Positions 26,486 to 39,849 of a stretch of 64,000 bases of DNA are shown piece by piece. Each line of letters opens with the position of its first letter. The first letter of the stretch is position 1. Below the pieces are notes generated by a model. The model did not search any database, had not been told where the DNA came from, and worked only from the letters and a program-made list of their open reading frames with translations. This stretch comes from Adineta vaga (taxonomy: Eukaryota; Animalia; Rotifera), in the NCBI GenBank assembly GCA_021613535.1, contig CP075492.1, forward strand, positions 16,616,001 through 16,680,000, in the 5' to 3' direction. The position numbers and the translations under genes were made by a program.

Positions 26486-29312
26486 ATGATGAAATATTCA
26501 ATGGAGAAGATGAACATTGTATTTCTATTACTATTGATATCCAAATGGGAGATATTAGCGATTAAATATGAATCAAGGGATGATAATCACGATTTTAAAG
26601 TAGCACTTAGTGATAAATTTATTATCGGCGCTTCGAATCTTCGAAAAACTTACATTTTCTATTCAATATCCAATATAATTGAAAACTCTTCATGTACCAT
26701 TAACAATCCACATATTGATCTCAATATCTATGGCCTTTCCGTTTTAACAACGAAACTAAATAATATCGTCTCATTCATTCAACTTGCTGAAAATAAGACA
26801 TCTAAATCGATTGTACTTTCTCGAATTATTATGAATTTGACAATATGTGATAATGATCCTGTATTACAACCTGTTTTTCATCATACAATAGTTTGGAATA
26901 AAGGTCATCAAGAACATATGTTTCTCAAAGTTGATCCACAAGAAAAATTCGCATATATTTTTGCTGATTCATTTGTACTTTCTTATGATTTGTTTATCGA
27001 TCAAATCAAACAAATCAATCGAACTAAGTCTATCATGTTCGATAACAATTATGAATCATTTACTCCTTATGCATTTGATCTAAAAAATAATTGGGCTGCT
27101 ATTGTTGGATTTCATTCCATACAAAATAATTCTCGTAGTAAACAATGTCTTATATATTTGGACTTCAACCATTGCGTGTAATTAATAGTAGTTCTATTGG
27201 TACGAATGATATCCAAGGATATGAAAGAACTAATTACAATAATCAAGATTATGATATGTCACTTTCAATTAATCCTTCGGGAACAGTATTAGCTATTGGT
27301 GATGTCCAACTAAATAAAGTAACAATTGCATATATGGATGGGAATGAAACGTTTCGATTTGTTTCGAAATTTCATGAAATTAGTGAATCAGAAAATTGGA
27401 CTGGTTTTGGTCGTTCAGTTATTTGGCTCAATGATGATGATGAAACACTTGCTATACTTGTACTTAAATCGAGAAATCACATTTCATCTCAATCAGAAAT
27501 TCAAGTATATAGAAACATATCTCTTAATCGAACTCGTGGTTCAATTATACCAAGTTTTGTTATTCCAAATAATCAACAGACATTGAATGATATTCAACGC
27601 TCGAAATCTTGGCGTAAACATTCTTTTCATCGTATTCGAACATGTTCGAATAATTTATTAATTCTTCTAAGAAATGCTGATATTGTATATATTCCATCTG
27701 CTGATGCTGGGTTTTGTTCTATGAAACTCTTACAATAAATTTCAGAAATTTGTATGTTTTACAACCAAGACCATGTGTAAGTGGATCGTATAAAAATATA
27801 TCTGGTCCTGGCCCATGCACGATTTGTCCACCGGATACAAAAAATTCTGGAGATTATCCATCAATTAAATGTCAACCGTGTAATACAACTGCGTTTTGTC
27901 CATTGGGTGCCACAAACGAAGTTAATTTAACTAACTTTAATTCATATATTCAAACATTCAGTTATCCAGATTCACCTATTATCGATGATTATGATGATTT
28001 ATTATTATTAAACTTTTTTCCTACTAATATGAAAGTTAGTTGTTTGATTTTTACACCTCTTTTCTGGACTGTAGTGGCGACAATTTTATGTTTAATTATG
28101 TGGTTTATTATGTTTCTTATCAAACGACGACGTCCAACATTGTTCAATACTTATCGTCAACGAGCAAAAGTCGTTTTGAAACATAATGATCTTATTGGAG
28201 AAGGAGAACGATGGATTGGTGGTCTTGCATCAATCATCATTTTTACTATCATCATATATTGTTCGATATTTTCTTTCTTTTACTTCTATTCATATCCGAT
28301 CGAGACAACAGAAGCAGTTAACAAAGCATGTGATAACAATCAACGGAATACAAAATTCGATAATGCACTTCAATTACCTTTACCTGGAATTGATGGTAGT
28401 TACTGGAGAATATTCGAAATGCTCAACAAACAACCATTCACTACGACTATACATCTGATAAATACACGAGTTCGTTGTGATGATATTACTGTTGAACGCA
28501 ATAGACATACAGGTACTCCTTTATCGATAGTCGAAACAAATTGTACATTGTCACCAAAAGATGTTAGTACTTCGGTCAGTTTTGATCTGCCTACTCATAC
28601 GTCAATTGTTCGAGCTAGTATCAATGGACCTTATTTCATCGGAGCACTTCGCCTATGTCTATATGGAAAATCTGATGTTGAAACTGAAGATTTTACATTA
28701 CATCGGCTACGTGAACTTGATGTATGTACTCTTTTTTATACGAACAATCAAACTATTGGACTCTCAACAAGTTTCACTGTACGTCTTATCAAAGTTATTA
28801 ATGTAACAAAGCCATTAAGACGCAATGATAGAACATATTATGATGGTATATGGGCTCCATTTATAACTTATACCGATATTCTTTCGGATGAATCGTATTT
28901 TGCAGAAAAAGGAGAATACTTGCGATATGCTTCTGAACAATTGACTATTAATATTCAGTTTACAGAAGAAATCTATTTTGTTCAAAACAATCAGTCACCA
29001 ATTATTCGTCGAGGAGCACTTTTCTTTCGTACAGTTCTCTTTAGTTTTTCGCTTATAGAAATATTTGCAATGATTTTTCTTCTGTACAAACTCTGGTTCC
29101 ATCCCATTCATCGGCGTATTCTAACCTCTGATGGTGATCTAGCTGAAGATGAATTTCAGATGAATCAGCCGCAAATATCTATAGATGTAAGTTTGTTTTT
29201 GATGCTATGGAAATTTTATACTATTTCTGTTTGTTTTTCTCAGTTGAACTCACAGCTTATCGTCATCATCATCAAAACAGCAGACATTGTCCAGAACAAG
29301 AAGTGCAAATGA
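26486..29312 (+). pseudogene. Large multi-pass membrane protein with a Cys-rich (ephrin-receptor-like/GCC2-GCC3) repeat, broken by two frameshifts
   Basis: Three overlapping ORFs (26486-27181, 27145-27738, 27714-29312) with no intron signals at the joins. Signal peptide, PCVSGSYKNISGPGPCTICPPDT...CQPC...FCPLGA, three TM segments. Could be an intact gene with assembly indels. Confidence 0.6.
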
Positions 29313-29631
29313 TCAATATCGTGAAAATCAATGGACCAATCAAAATGTTCAAAAACGCCAACGTGCGAAGGTTAATAAAAAACATTTGATAAAATCAGGG
29401 ATCGATGAATACTTAGACGAATCGTTATCATCGCCGGCTCTTTTAATGACTGCCTTAACCACTCGTGTGAGAGTTTCATCCAATGATTCAACTTCGGAAT
29501 AGACACATGAATAGCTTGATCAAATAAAACATTTTACAACAGTTCAGCATAATGACTCTCTCATGCAACATTGTGTTAATATTCTATAAGATTATTGAAA
29601 ATAGCCATAACTAATGATATAATAAACCCCT

Positions 29632-29684
29632 AGGGTGTGACTGATGTTCTGGGAATTCTTCTTCACCCTTATTCACACCCTCAA
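29632..29684. repeat. Telomere-like inverted repeat, copy h8
   Basis: AGGGTGTGA...TCACCCTTATTCACACCCTCAA; AGGGTGTGA and TCACACCCT are perfect 9-bp arms. Confidence 0.8.
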
Positions 29685-29847
29685 AACTATTTTAAAAGAC
29701 GGTAGTAACGCGCCATCTCTTGAGATTTACCTGATTTTAAAGGGTAGGTTCTTGATATCTTACCAATCAAAAGAAAAAATAAACAACATCATTATTGTCT
29801 CCTTCTCCTTCATCATCATGTGCGAATAGAAGCAAAAGAAAATAATT

Positions 29848-30748
29848 ATGACTAGTCAATTATTTTCTGGTGAAGATCATACAGCAAAATATCGTCTTCA
29901 CAGACCTAGTTATCCAAAAGAATTATTCGAACATATTATTAAGTATTATTTTAATGGAAAAAATACAAATGAAAAAATTCCATTAGCACTTGATGTTGCA
30001 TGTGGAAGTGGTCAAGCAACAGTAGATCTTAGTACGTAAGTAGTTTCATTGAATGTATGTTTTTATAAATAAAATTTTATTTTTCCTTAAAAGATTTTGT
30101 GAACGTGTTATCGGTACTGATGTTAGTACAGATCAAATTTCTCATGCCATATCAAAAGATAATATTGAATATCGATGTAATGCAGGCGAAGATTTATCTT
30201 TTCTTCAATCAAATTCAGTTGATTTAATTACAATTGCAACAGCATTACATTGGCTTGATGTTGAAAAGTTTTTTGAAGAAGTTAAACGTGTACTTAAACC
30301 ACATACAGGTGTATTAGCTGTATGGACATATTCATTTGGCACATTAGATAATGCCGATGCTGATGCTATTTATCGTGAATTTTATCAAGTTTTCTTACAA
30401 CCATATTGCAATGCAAAACAACATCTAGCGAATAGTTATTATGAATCACTTTTACCACTTTTTCCATATAAATCAACATTTCAGCAATATAAAATTGAAC
30501 CTCGTGGGGAAACAACACTTGAAAAATTTATTGGTGTGATTGAAACGATGTCACCTTGTCAAACATATAGAAAACAAAATGGTGAACAAGCATATCAAGA
30601 TATGTTACATACATTACGTCAAAAATTCATTCAGTGTTATATGAAAACAGAAGTTAGAAATGATAATGATGAACCTATCGATATTAATCGTATTAAGATA
30701 ATTTTTCTGGGACCTATTCGTCTTTACTTAATGAAAAAACAAGATTAA
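29848..30748 (+). CDS. Class I SAM-dependent methyltransferase (trans-aconitate methyltransferase-like), two exons
   Basis: Y..HRPSYP, ALDVACGSGQAT, SVDLITIATALHW, RVLKP; intron 30036-30093. Confidence 0.85.
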
Positions 30749-30839
30749 CATATTGAATTTTAATAAATAAAAAGATCATACTATACATAATCGAGAGTGT
30801 AAACAAAATATTCTTCATGATTGCTGCTTTAAAAATTCA

Positions 30840-32130
30840 ATACTTTCTTTCGCATTTTTAATGCTACGATGAGTTGGAGGTAATAAACGTTGCCATATAT
30901 CCAGAGCGTGTTCAAAATATACAAGTGCTTTCTTATGTCCATCAAATGTCTGTTCGATTAATACAATATAAAGCTCGTCAGCCTTATTAACTTGACCAGT
31001 TTAAAGTAATAACTCACCCAATATTTCCCATCCAGTACCATCAACTTCTTCTCGTATTCGATCACTAAGTAATCGTAGTTCTTGGTCATCATCCAAGGCT
31101 AATTGTAATTCCACTTGATAAAGTTGATTCTTACTGTCTATCTGTTTAATTGCACCTACTCGAAAGACAGTGTGCATTGAGAAGAGAATTTCATCTTCTC
31201 CCTTAAAATAACTCTCCTCTCTAATGGAAGCAAATGGTGCTGATGTTGAACAAGGATCAATGGGCATTATGAAGAAAATACCGACCATATCGAGTTTTGT
31301 TGAAGTATCTCGAGCAAAACTGAGAGACACACTTTTTCATTTGTACTGATGGACAAGAAATTGTTAAAGGAAATTAGCCCACTTTTTGTTTTCTCAAGTT
31401 TTTTAAAGTCTGATTTCGTAAAACCTTGTCCTCGATAAACTACAAACGATTTGCCATCATAAGTACTAATCTGTTGGTGTACATCACGTAGAAAGAAGCC
31501 CATGTTTATTATTACATCGGCATTCAAAGTTCGAAGTGCTTGATTGAGCATTTTGTAGGTGAAACATTCACGTGTATATCATCATATTGCTTTTTCTGAA
31601 ATACAGCCATGTTCAAATTTATTAATCATTTGTAATTCAATTGCATTATCACCCCATTAATCGATATCAAGGAGAATTTCTTTCAATATCTGAGTATACA
31701 TAAATGGTCAATTGAAACCATTTCATTTGCTGTGACAAAACCTACAGCTATGATATCTTGATCACATTGTTCAACAGCCAACTGTAATCCTTGACAGATC
31801 TCATTCATATTTGTATAAAGGCCTTTAATTTTTGTCCAGTTTTATTGCCATAGAAGATGTAAATTGTATCTAGTTGTGATATTTCATGAATTTCAGGAAT
31901 CAAATATTGGCCCAAATAGTCTGATATGATGACGAAGACACGTTCATTGTCTACTTGCTTGAGTAAATCGATGTACTGATTCGGTTGAGTACATAAGTTG
32001 ACGTTGTTGATCACGTTCTTTAGTTGAACCAATGCTTCTTGGTATAGTCTTTGTTTCCTTCGTCGATGCTAGAATTTATCTAGAGAAGAAGGTAATTTTG
32101 AGCGATGCGTTGTCGTGATCGACGAATATT
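30840..32130 (-). pseudogene. Decayed ART-TPR paralog
   Basis: Fragments in different frames (VYRGQG, SFNNFLS, EDEILFSMHTVFRV) homologous to the 6063-8771 gene; multiple stops and frameshifts; TPR region mostly lost. Confidence 0.85.
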
Positions 32131-32884
32131 GGATGAAGGTATCGATTTCAATTTGTCAATATATGTTGTTAGAATGAAAAGAAAGATCACTCTTATTCTT
32201 TTTTCTCCATTTTTCGAATATTATTTCCGTTGTTTTGCTATCGCGTAGGAAGAAACTTCGCCTAATTACTTTTTAAAATAATATTGTAAAGATCAAGAAA
32301 CAGAACAAACAAGATGATTTTCTTTTTATTATTTCTAACTTTCTCTCGTCTTTACCTTCGTCTACATGATTACTGTTTTTCATCGCAGCTATATACAGAA
32401 AAAGAATTCTTGTGTCGAATTTTTGTACATCCAAATCATTAAAACAATAAAAAGAATAGTGCGCTAGTTACGCAAAATGTGCTATGTAAGATGTATTTGA
32501 ACACTGAATCACTGAATTAATAATCGTTTGAGTATTAATTCCTATGGGACAGTTCTATGGTATTATTGATAAATTTTATGTTTTTGGAAAAGCATCGACA
32601 CCACCTGATATCTGACGTTTAGCAAATCCTTAAATATTTTTCCTTTTTTTCTTTTATCACCAATAAAGATTCATAATTCAAGTCATTACCAAGTAGTATA
32701 GGCGGCACTGTACATTGCTCGCTCATCTTGAAGAATAAACAGAGTGACAGAAAAGCGAATGAATCGCATGAGAAGAATTTGAAAAAAGAATCTAAATGTA
32801 TTAGTAGAAAAGTAGATTGATTCGTCATGTAGTAAAATCTTCATTTTCTGTAACGTTTTGTTTTCGTATTCTTATACCTTTGTT

Positions 32885-32938
32885 TTGATGGTGGGTAGAC
32901 ACGGATGTACGATTTCTTTAGTTTCAAACATCACCTCA
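32885..32938. repeat. Telomere-like inverted repeat, copy h9 (degenerate)
   Basis: TTGATGGTGGGTAG...ACATCACCTCA. Confidence 0.45.
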
Positions 32939-33740
32939 GGATACAAAAACGAAAAGTTTGATTATTTTCTTCATACAGAGATGAAGAAAAAGAAACAAAA
33001 ACTTTTAACTATACATTTAGAACCTTTCGCTTAGGTATGATGATTATGATCCATTCATGTTCATCAGAAGCAGCACGCCCATATTATGTTGTTTAAATAT
33101 TTCTTTGCAATTTTCAATGTTTTTATTCTCAAATTCGAAACTGCTCGATTCTTTGGTAAAATTCATTTGTTTATTTCTGTCACGTTACAGATGTGCGTGA
33201 ATAATAATTCTGTTGACGTTTTTCTTTGACATTGATGAATGATTGTTGAATATTCGAACTCAAAATTCATTTTTGTTCTTTGCTGACAGTCTAAGTGATT
33301 TTGCAACCATAAAAAACACAAGTTTATTAATGTACATTGATATGTTTATTTTCTGAATCGCCCTCTTTAGTTTTGATTGAAAAAGAGAAATTCGCGTTAA
33401 GTACAAAAATGTTTAAATGTCCTTATGAATAATAGTTGAAAAAGATAATAGATGATGACATTATATCTTTTCTATAGACTGTCTATCACTTCTTTTAATT
33501 GATAATCAAGCAAATAACTGACGAGAAATCATTTTTTGGGCGTTAACATTACGTTTAATCATGAAGGTATCTATTTTTCTCTTTCCTATCGAAGAGAAAC
33601 AGAGAGAGACTAACGGGCTGTCTCTCTCTTTTTTTGTTTGAAAATTAAAAAACAAAAAGTGAATGCCACTATTCTGTGTATAAAAAGCAAGTGAAAAAGC
33701 CAAAATAGTTAAAAACAATTTTATTTCAATCAAGTTTCAA

Positions 33741-34527
33741 ATGATTCCGTCTGCTCGCTATCCAAATTCGCATCAAGCAAATGCTGGTGTCAATGGGAGC
33801 AATTCCTTCTCACAATTAAGTACCTATGGGTAAGTAAAGATGATAATTTGAATGAATTATCTCAACAAAATATGTCATTTTATGATAGAGCTGTAAAGAC
33901 AGGATCTACGAAAACGATAGTGTTATGCGTTGCATTTACACTATTGCAACAGCTCTACTTACAGCTGCGATTGTAGTGCCTGTAACACTTGCAGTAACTA
34001 ATCAAGGTCCTTTCTCAACAAGTGCAGCAAATAGTACAGCAAACAGTGGAACAACCGTTGCATCGACCAGTAAGATACTTTATTGTTTTAATATGATCTA
34101 TAATGTGAATAATGTTCTTTTAATAGCTGTAACTACAGTAGCTACAACTACAGCTGGTTCATTTTCTGAATGTTCTTCATACACTACTATCACTGATGCA
34201 ACAAGATTAACAACAGCTGGTGGCGGTTCAACATGTGATAGTTCGACATTTTCTTCAAGTGCCACATGGGTTCGATTCAGTGGAGCAGGTGGAACGCAAC
34301 TTGCAACAACTGCTCCATCTTCGAATCAGTGTGATACACAAGGTACTGGTTGGTATTCAAGCTCATTGCCATCGTCAGGTACAACAGTAAATGGAACAGT
34401 ATGTTATGTATGGAGTTCGAATAATTGTAACTGGTCAAATGATGTAAGAGTAACTAATTGTTCATCGTTCTATGTATTTGGTCTTATTGCACCCCCAGTG
34501 TGTAATCTTCGTTATTGTACTGCATGA
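33741..34527 (+). CDS. Type II membrane protein with a uromodulin/GP2/OIT3-like D8C domain
   Basis: Exon 1 33741-33829, exon 2 from 33891, likely in-frame intron ~34070-34126. TM, Thr/Ser stalk, WVRFSGAGGTQL...CDTQGTGW...VCY...VTNCSSFYVF...CNLRYC. Confidence 0.8.
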
Positions 34528-34905
34528 AGAACGAATTGAAATTTTATCATTCTTCTGTTATTTATTCTTTTCTCTCTACTATTTTTAATATTTAACGGTT
34601 TTCCTTTTCTAAAATAAATTATTTAGATTTTCTTTCCTTTCATTGGATCATGAATATTGACAGTGTTTTGATAATACTTTTTCTACAATATTAGAAATTC
34701 TAATCAAATTTCAAAACTGAATATTCGATTGAGTGTGAATGTGTTCAGGTCACATGTACAAAAATTTAATGATACGATTCTCTCATAATTATTTATTTTC
34801 GATAGAATCTACTTCACATTTATCCGAAATAACGAAAAAAAATTCGTTAGCATGTGAGCGTGAATGTCGTCGATTAACACTGTACGGCTGAATATATCTA
34901 TCTTA

Positions 34906-34966
34906 TTGAGGTAAGGGTAAGAGTCAAGAGAATATATTCTCTCGCGCATCCACATCCACACCCATC
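34906..34966. repeat. Telomere-like inverted repeat, copy h10
   Basis: TTGAGGTAAGGGTAAGAGTCAAGAGAATATATTCTC...CATCCACATCCACACCCATC; spacer matches the reverse complement of the h6 spacer. Confidence 0.75.
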
Positions 34967-35735
34967 GTTGCATTTCATAAAGTGTCATGAAATAATTATT
35001 TGACGATTATTAGATTTCTCTCATTGCATTCAAACTAAATAATTCATTTTGAAGTAGACATGTATATATATATGACAGAATATAGTGGTATAGTTGCGAA
35101 TATTTCTATAAAATTTTCTAAATCTCTCTTTTAAAATATGTTGATTTCATAGTAATTGAGGTATGACGAAAGATTGACCATTATCATTATACTCACAATA
35201 GCACAATTATTTTTATCCGATACAAGTAGTTGATGTTCACAATCGAATAGTATATCATACAATCCTGGGAATTTTTCTTTAATAGAACATTCGAACTTAC
35301 GATGAAAACAAAATTGACATCTTATAAGGATAAAGTCTACGTCGAAACTTCAAAGTATTTTTTCCAATTATTTATTATTCCTTTTTTTTATAGTAGAATG
35401 ATTTTCTATAGGAAGTAGATGATTAAAAAAAAAGAAAGTCTTTGTAAATAACAGCAGAACATACATTGCTATTTGTTGTTTTACCCATTTCTCTCCTCGC
35501 CATCCTATTCCTATATAAATATAAGCAGAGCTTTTGGAAATAATTATTTTTGAAGATCTGCTTATATAAACATGAAAGAGTTTCTCTCACGCATCTAATT
35601 CTTAAAAAAAGTTTCCGCTTATATTTGCATAATGAAATTTATTCGTTGGCTTTTGTAATATCATAGGTTTCCTTTCAATTTGTTGTCTTAGATTAAAAAG
35701 AAAACTTTTCACTACATAATAATACTTTATTAATA

Positions 35736-37589
35736 ATGAAACGCAAAGCAACATCAGTTGGTACAAGCAAAAGAATAAAGGTGTTCAATAATAAAGTTAA
35801 TTCGGTGAAAAAAGACATTCTATTTGTTTGGGTTGGTACAAATGTCGAAGAAAGTAGACAAATACAAACAGGCATCAAAAAATTGAAATCATTAATACCA
35901 TGCGCTCTCGCAACGAATGATTCTGAACAGTGTGAACAATGGCTGAAAGAATATATCGGAGATGAAAATATTCTTCTGATTGTATCGAATGATTTAGGAA
36001 TGCAAATCATGCCACATATTCATTCATTATCATCGATTGTTGTTGTGTATACATATGGGACAAATCGTAGAGGTAATAGCGAATGGATTAAAAACTATCC
36101 TAAAGTACGCAACGTTGTTCCTAACATAACACAATTAGTAGAAACAATATCAATGGATTTGAAAGATGTCAACCAACATGAGAATATGAATGTGGAATGC
36201 ATTCATCAACAATCAACCAGAAATTTTACGGATCAGTGTAATCAAAAGCAGACTCTGAAAAGGAACAAAGAAAATACGAAGAGTACGTATTCTATTAAAT
36301 CTTTTCCATTATGAATGAAAATTTGTTTTTAAGCAGGTATTACCAACTTCCAATTTTTTCTCATTGATGTGACAAAAAATTTAAATGAACATGCGTGTGC
36401 CATGTTGAAAGTTTTGATTTCGATGACACCAACAGCGATTCATATTTTTGATCATTGTTCAAGCATTGATTATCGGCAATTACCCAACAAACCTACGTTT
36501 CTCCTTGTTAGTAGTGTATTTGCTGCTACAATGAATGATAAACCAAAACAAGTCGAAGGGATTCTCATTCTGGAAGAAAATGGAAACCCAGTCGATCATC
36601 GAACACATTTCGAAAATGGTGAAGATCTCATTTTCGAATTAGCAGATGAAATATACCGATGTTACATAAAAGAAGCGAATCAATATTCACAATCTGGCGG
36701 TAGCATGATAGCAGAAATAAAAAAAGAACAAGCAAATCAAGTTCATAAAAATATAAAGGAAGCATATAAATTGGTCTTCAACAATCATGATAGTATCCAA
36801 AGTTGGTAATGCTGCTGTTTTTTGTACATGGACTCTTGTGTTTACGTGTTTTGAAGAACAATATTTTTTCATCAAAGTGATCCAATAAACATATTGACTA
36901 TTTGTCAGTTTTAAAGAGCTTTATCCCGTTATCTTTGACTTTCAATTTAATTTTTAGCACTATATTTCGTTTCGTGACGAGTATAGAGAAACACCACTTT
37001 TCTTCTCTTTCGATAATACGACATATATGATTATTTTTCTTGATTATAGATGAAAACGATTGATAATATTAGATATGATGGTAACTTATATCAATCTACA
37101 ACTTATGGAGCTTCCTTACTTTACGAAAAGAACGGTATATCATTAGTAATACCTTTACCAAATGCTGATCTCATGTCGTTTGTTGAACCTTTTGATCAAA
37201 TTACACGATGCCAAAATCATGTGGAAAACAATCTCAGGAAAATAATTACATTGTTTGCTTGGGATGATAATATACAAAAATGGTTAAGTTGTGTTAGAAG
37301 TATACCACCAAATATTCATGAAATCAAGATATTCTGTGATTCATCTAATCGACAATGTATCAATTCATGGGTAAGACGATACAAAAATCAACTGGAGAAT
37401 GTTATATTCGACATAATCTCATGGGATAAACTCAATTATAATTTGATGTTATTTGGAGTTGATCATTTAAAAAAGTTATATACGAATTTTCAACCAAATT
37501 CACCAGAATATCGACAATTAAATCTCAACTACAAGCGAGTTTGTCATGCATTAGCTAATTACTTTTGGTACGAAGCCAATAGTGAATAA
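35736..37589 (+). CDS. Multi-exon protein with degenerate receiver-like domains
   Basis: ORFs 35736-36314, 36369-36809 and 37050-37589 with plausible GT-AG joins. ILFVWV...CEQWL...ILLIVSNDLG.QIMPHIH resembles the N-terminal domain of the ART-TPR genes. Confidence 0.55.
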
Positions 37590-37990
37590 ATCAAACGAAG
37601 CGATATAGACTACAGATATATGTTTAGACAAATAGTTTTTGTGTTCGTAGTGATTTGAAATATGTGAACGCTATTGTTGTTATAATAAATGTACTCAGGA
37701 TAGGAGGAAAAGAACGTTTCGAATGATGAAATTTCTTATCATTAGAATAAACTGTGATGATATCTTAAACCCTAGTGCACCATACAAAAAAATAATCACA
37801 ATGTACAGATTATCAACGGAGGCCTTCATGCAAGTGCATTTACTCTGATGCGATATCATCATTATTAAAATAAAAATATACTTCATCATTCTGAGAGCGA
37901 TTTCTTTTTTTTTGCTTTGTCATAGTAATCTATGTGAATGAGTATAAAATGGCTGTTGTGAAATAGACGTTAAAATAAAATCGTGTGAAA

Positions 37991-39402
37991 ATGCAACAAG
38001 TGTTATTTTTAACTTTATTCGTCTTTTTCTTATTATTGATCGATAAATATTTATGTCAAAAAGGTTTTCCACAACAATTTCAAGCAACAATCTTTGTTAA
38101 AGGAGTAAGTCCTGTTCAACCACAATTACAAGGTGTCCAATATCTACTATATGATTCGGTTAAGCTAAGAGTTCGAGTTGATGTTCAAGGATTGCGATTG
38201 AAACAAAATGAAACTTATATGATAAAATATAAACCCGAAGGTGCTGAAGCAGATTCTGTAAGTAATTAAATGTCATTTATATAGAGAGAAATAGTCTTCT
38301 TTTTATAGCCAGCTTCACAAGATTATGTTATGTTTAATTTCAATCCTGATTATCCTACGATAACTAAAGTAGGAAGATTTAATGTGTTTTGTTGTTGATA
38401 TAACGTCTGACTGATTGGTATAGAATAATTGTTGGTATCGAACAAATCCAATAAGTGATATTGGTCCATTTCCAATGTCATGGTTTAATTATGAAAGAAC
38501 TCATTATGAAATAAAAACATGGTTTCAATTACCACCAAATATGATCCAAAAAGGTGAAGAATGGATTGAAGAACTTCAAATAAATGCAACAGTGAGTATA
38601 TTAGTCGACGTTCTTCAATAATGAAAATATGATATTTTATTTTTTAGAGATATGATTCATCAGAAATATGTGATCTTAGACAATCTGGAATTGGTAAAGT
38701 TCCATGTCTAAGTTATTTTGAAACATCAAATCAACCAGTAAAAACAATAGAAGCACATATTGGTCGTGAACATATTGTTAAAGATGAGTTAGTAAAAGAG
38801 TTGCGAAGTATAGATATCACAAATTATTATTTTTTTGTTATCTACATGTTAATAGATATACAAGTAAAATTTATTTATCATTTATTGATTTTATTCCATC
38901 AGAATCAGAATATTTATTTAATCTACCAAATCAATGGCCTTCTTATTGTGGTAATGCAAATGCAGGTAGATGGGAAAAACTAAATAGCTCGTTTCCTTGT
39001 TTATGTATTCAATCAAATATTTGATTAGGTTTTCGTATAACTCCAATTCGTCCATTTGTAGTCACTCCAAATGGTGAAGATTATTTAACAATAAGTATAG
39101 AAAGTCCACCAGTTCATGGACTTGGTGATCAAATTAAAGTTGAATTTCAATTACAACCATCATATTATTACAATGGTACACGTTGTACAAATTTTAATCC
39201 GATAATTTTTGATCGAAAAACTTGGCAATATCCTCAACAAGTAAATATGTCATTTGATACATACGGTTGTTGTCAATATGCAATTCGAGGAAATGGTGGC
39301 GGATATGAATGGCAATATGAAAATTCAACAATAACTGTTTATGCATGTGATGGATACGCTGGTACAGCTTGTAAAGGAAAATATCCATGTGGAGCTAAAT
39401 AA
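37991..39402 (+). CDS. Multi-exon secreted protein, possibly ependymin-related at the N terminus
   Basis: Signal peptide, FPQQFQATI...YDSVKLRVRVDV, about six short exons with GT-AG introns, last exon ending CKGKYPCGAK*. Confidence 0.6.
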
Positions 39403-39631
39403 ATATTTATGAATAAATATTCAAGAAAATAAAACTTTTACTTCACAATATAATATGACTGTAAAGTTGAAAGAATGTTTATTGATAATTTATGAGTGAG
39501 AATGAAGATTTAAAAGAATGATCAGTGTATTGCTCATACTTTCGTTAATTCATTTATATCGTCAACCTAAGAAGTGTTTTATGACGAAAAAGGTTCTTCT
39601 TTGTTCAATATAATTTCTATGAATATATTTT

Positions 39632-39702
39632 CTTGAGGATATGAGTGTGATTATTCTTTTAATCGTCACCCAAACACTAATGCCATTACCTTCATCCACA
39701 TC
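39632..39702. repeat. Highly degenerate telomere-like inverted repeat
   Basis: CTTGAGGATATGAGTGTGA...TCACCCAAACAC...TTCATCCACATC, between two genes. Confidence 0.4.
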
Positions 39703-39849
39703 GGCACAATTTGGATGAAAAGTTTTTTCATTCAATTCTGCCATCTAAGTATCTATCGCATTATACGTTGAAATATATACACCAATAAAAAAATCTCTAT
39801 TCGTATTGTTGTTATCATATGAAATGTATATATATTCAATGATCGAAAT

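Noticed and set aside
27145-27738. Programmed frameshifting or operon-like coupling in the 26486-29312 ORF trio
   Set aside because: No slippery heptamer or downstream structure seen; small indels from decay or assembly error explain it more simply.
32619-32828. 69-aa ORF (..MSEQCTVPPILLGNDLNYESLL..)
   Set aside because: May be an exon remnant, but no supportable gene model or domain.
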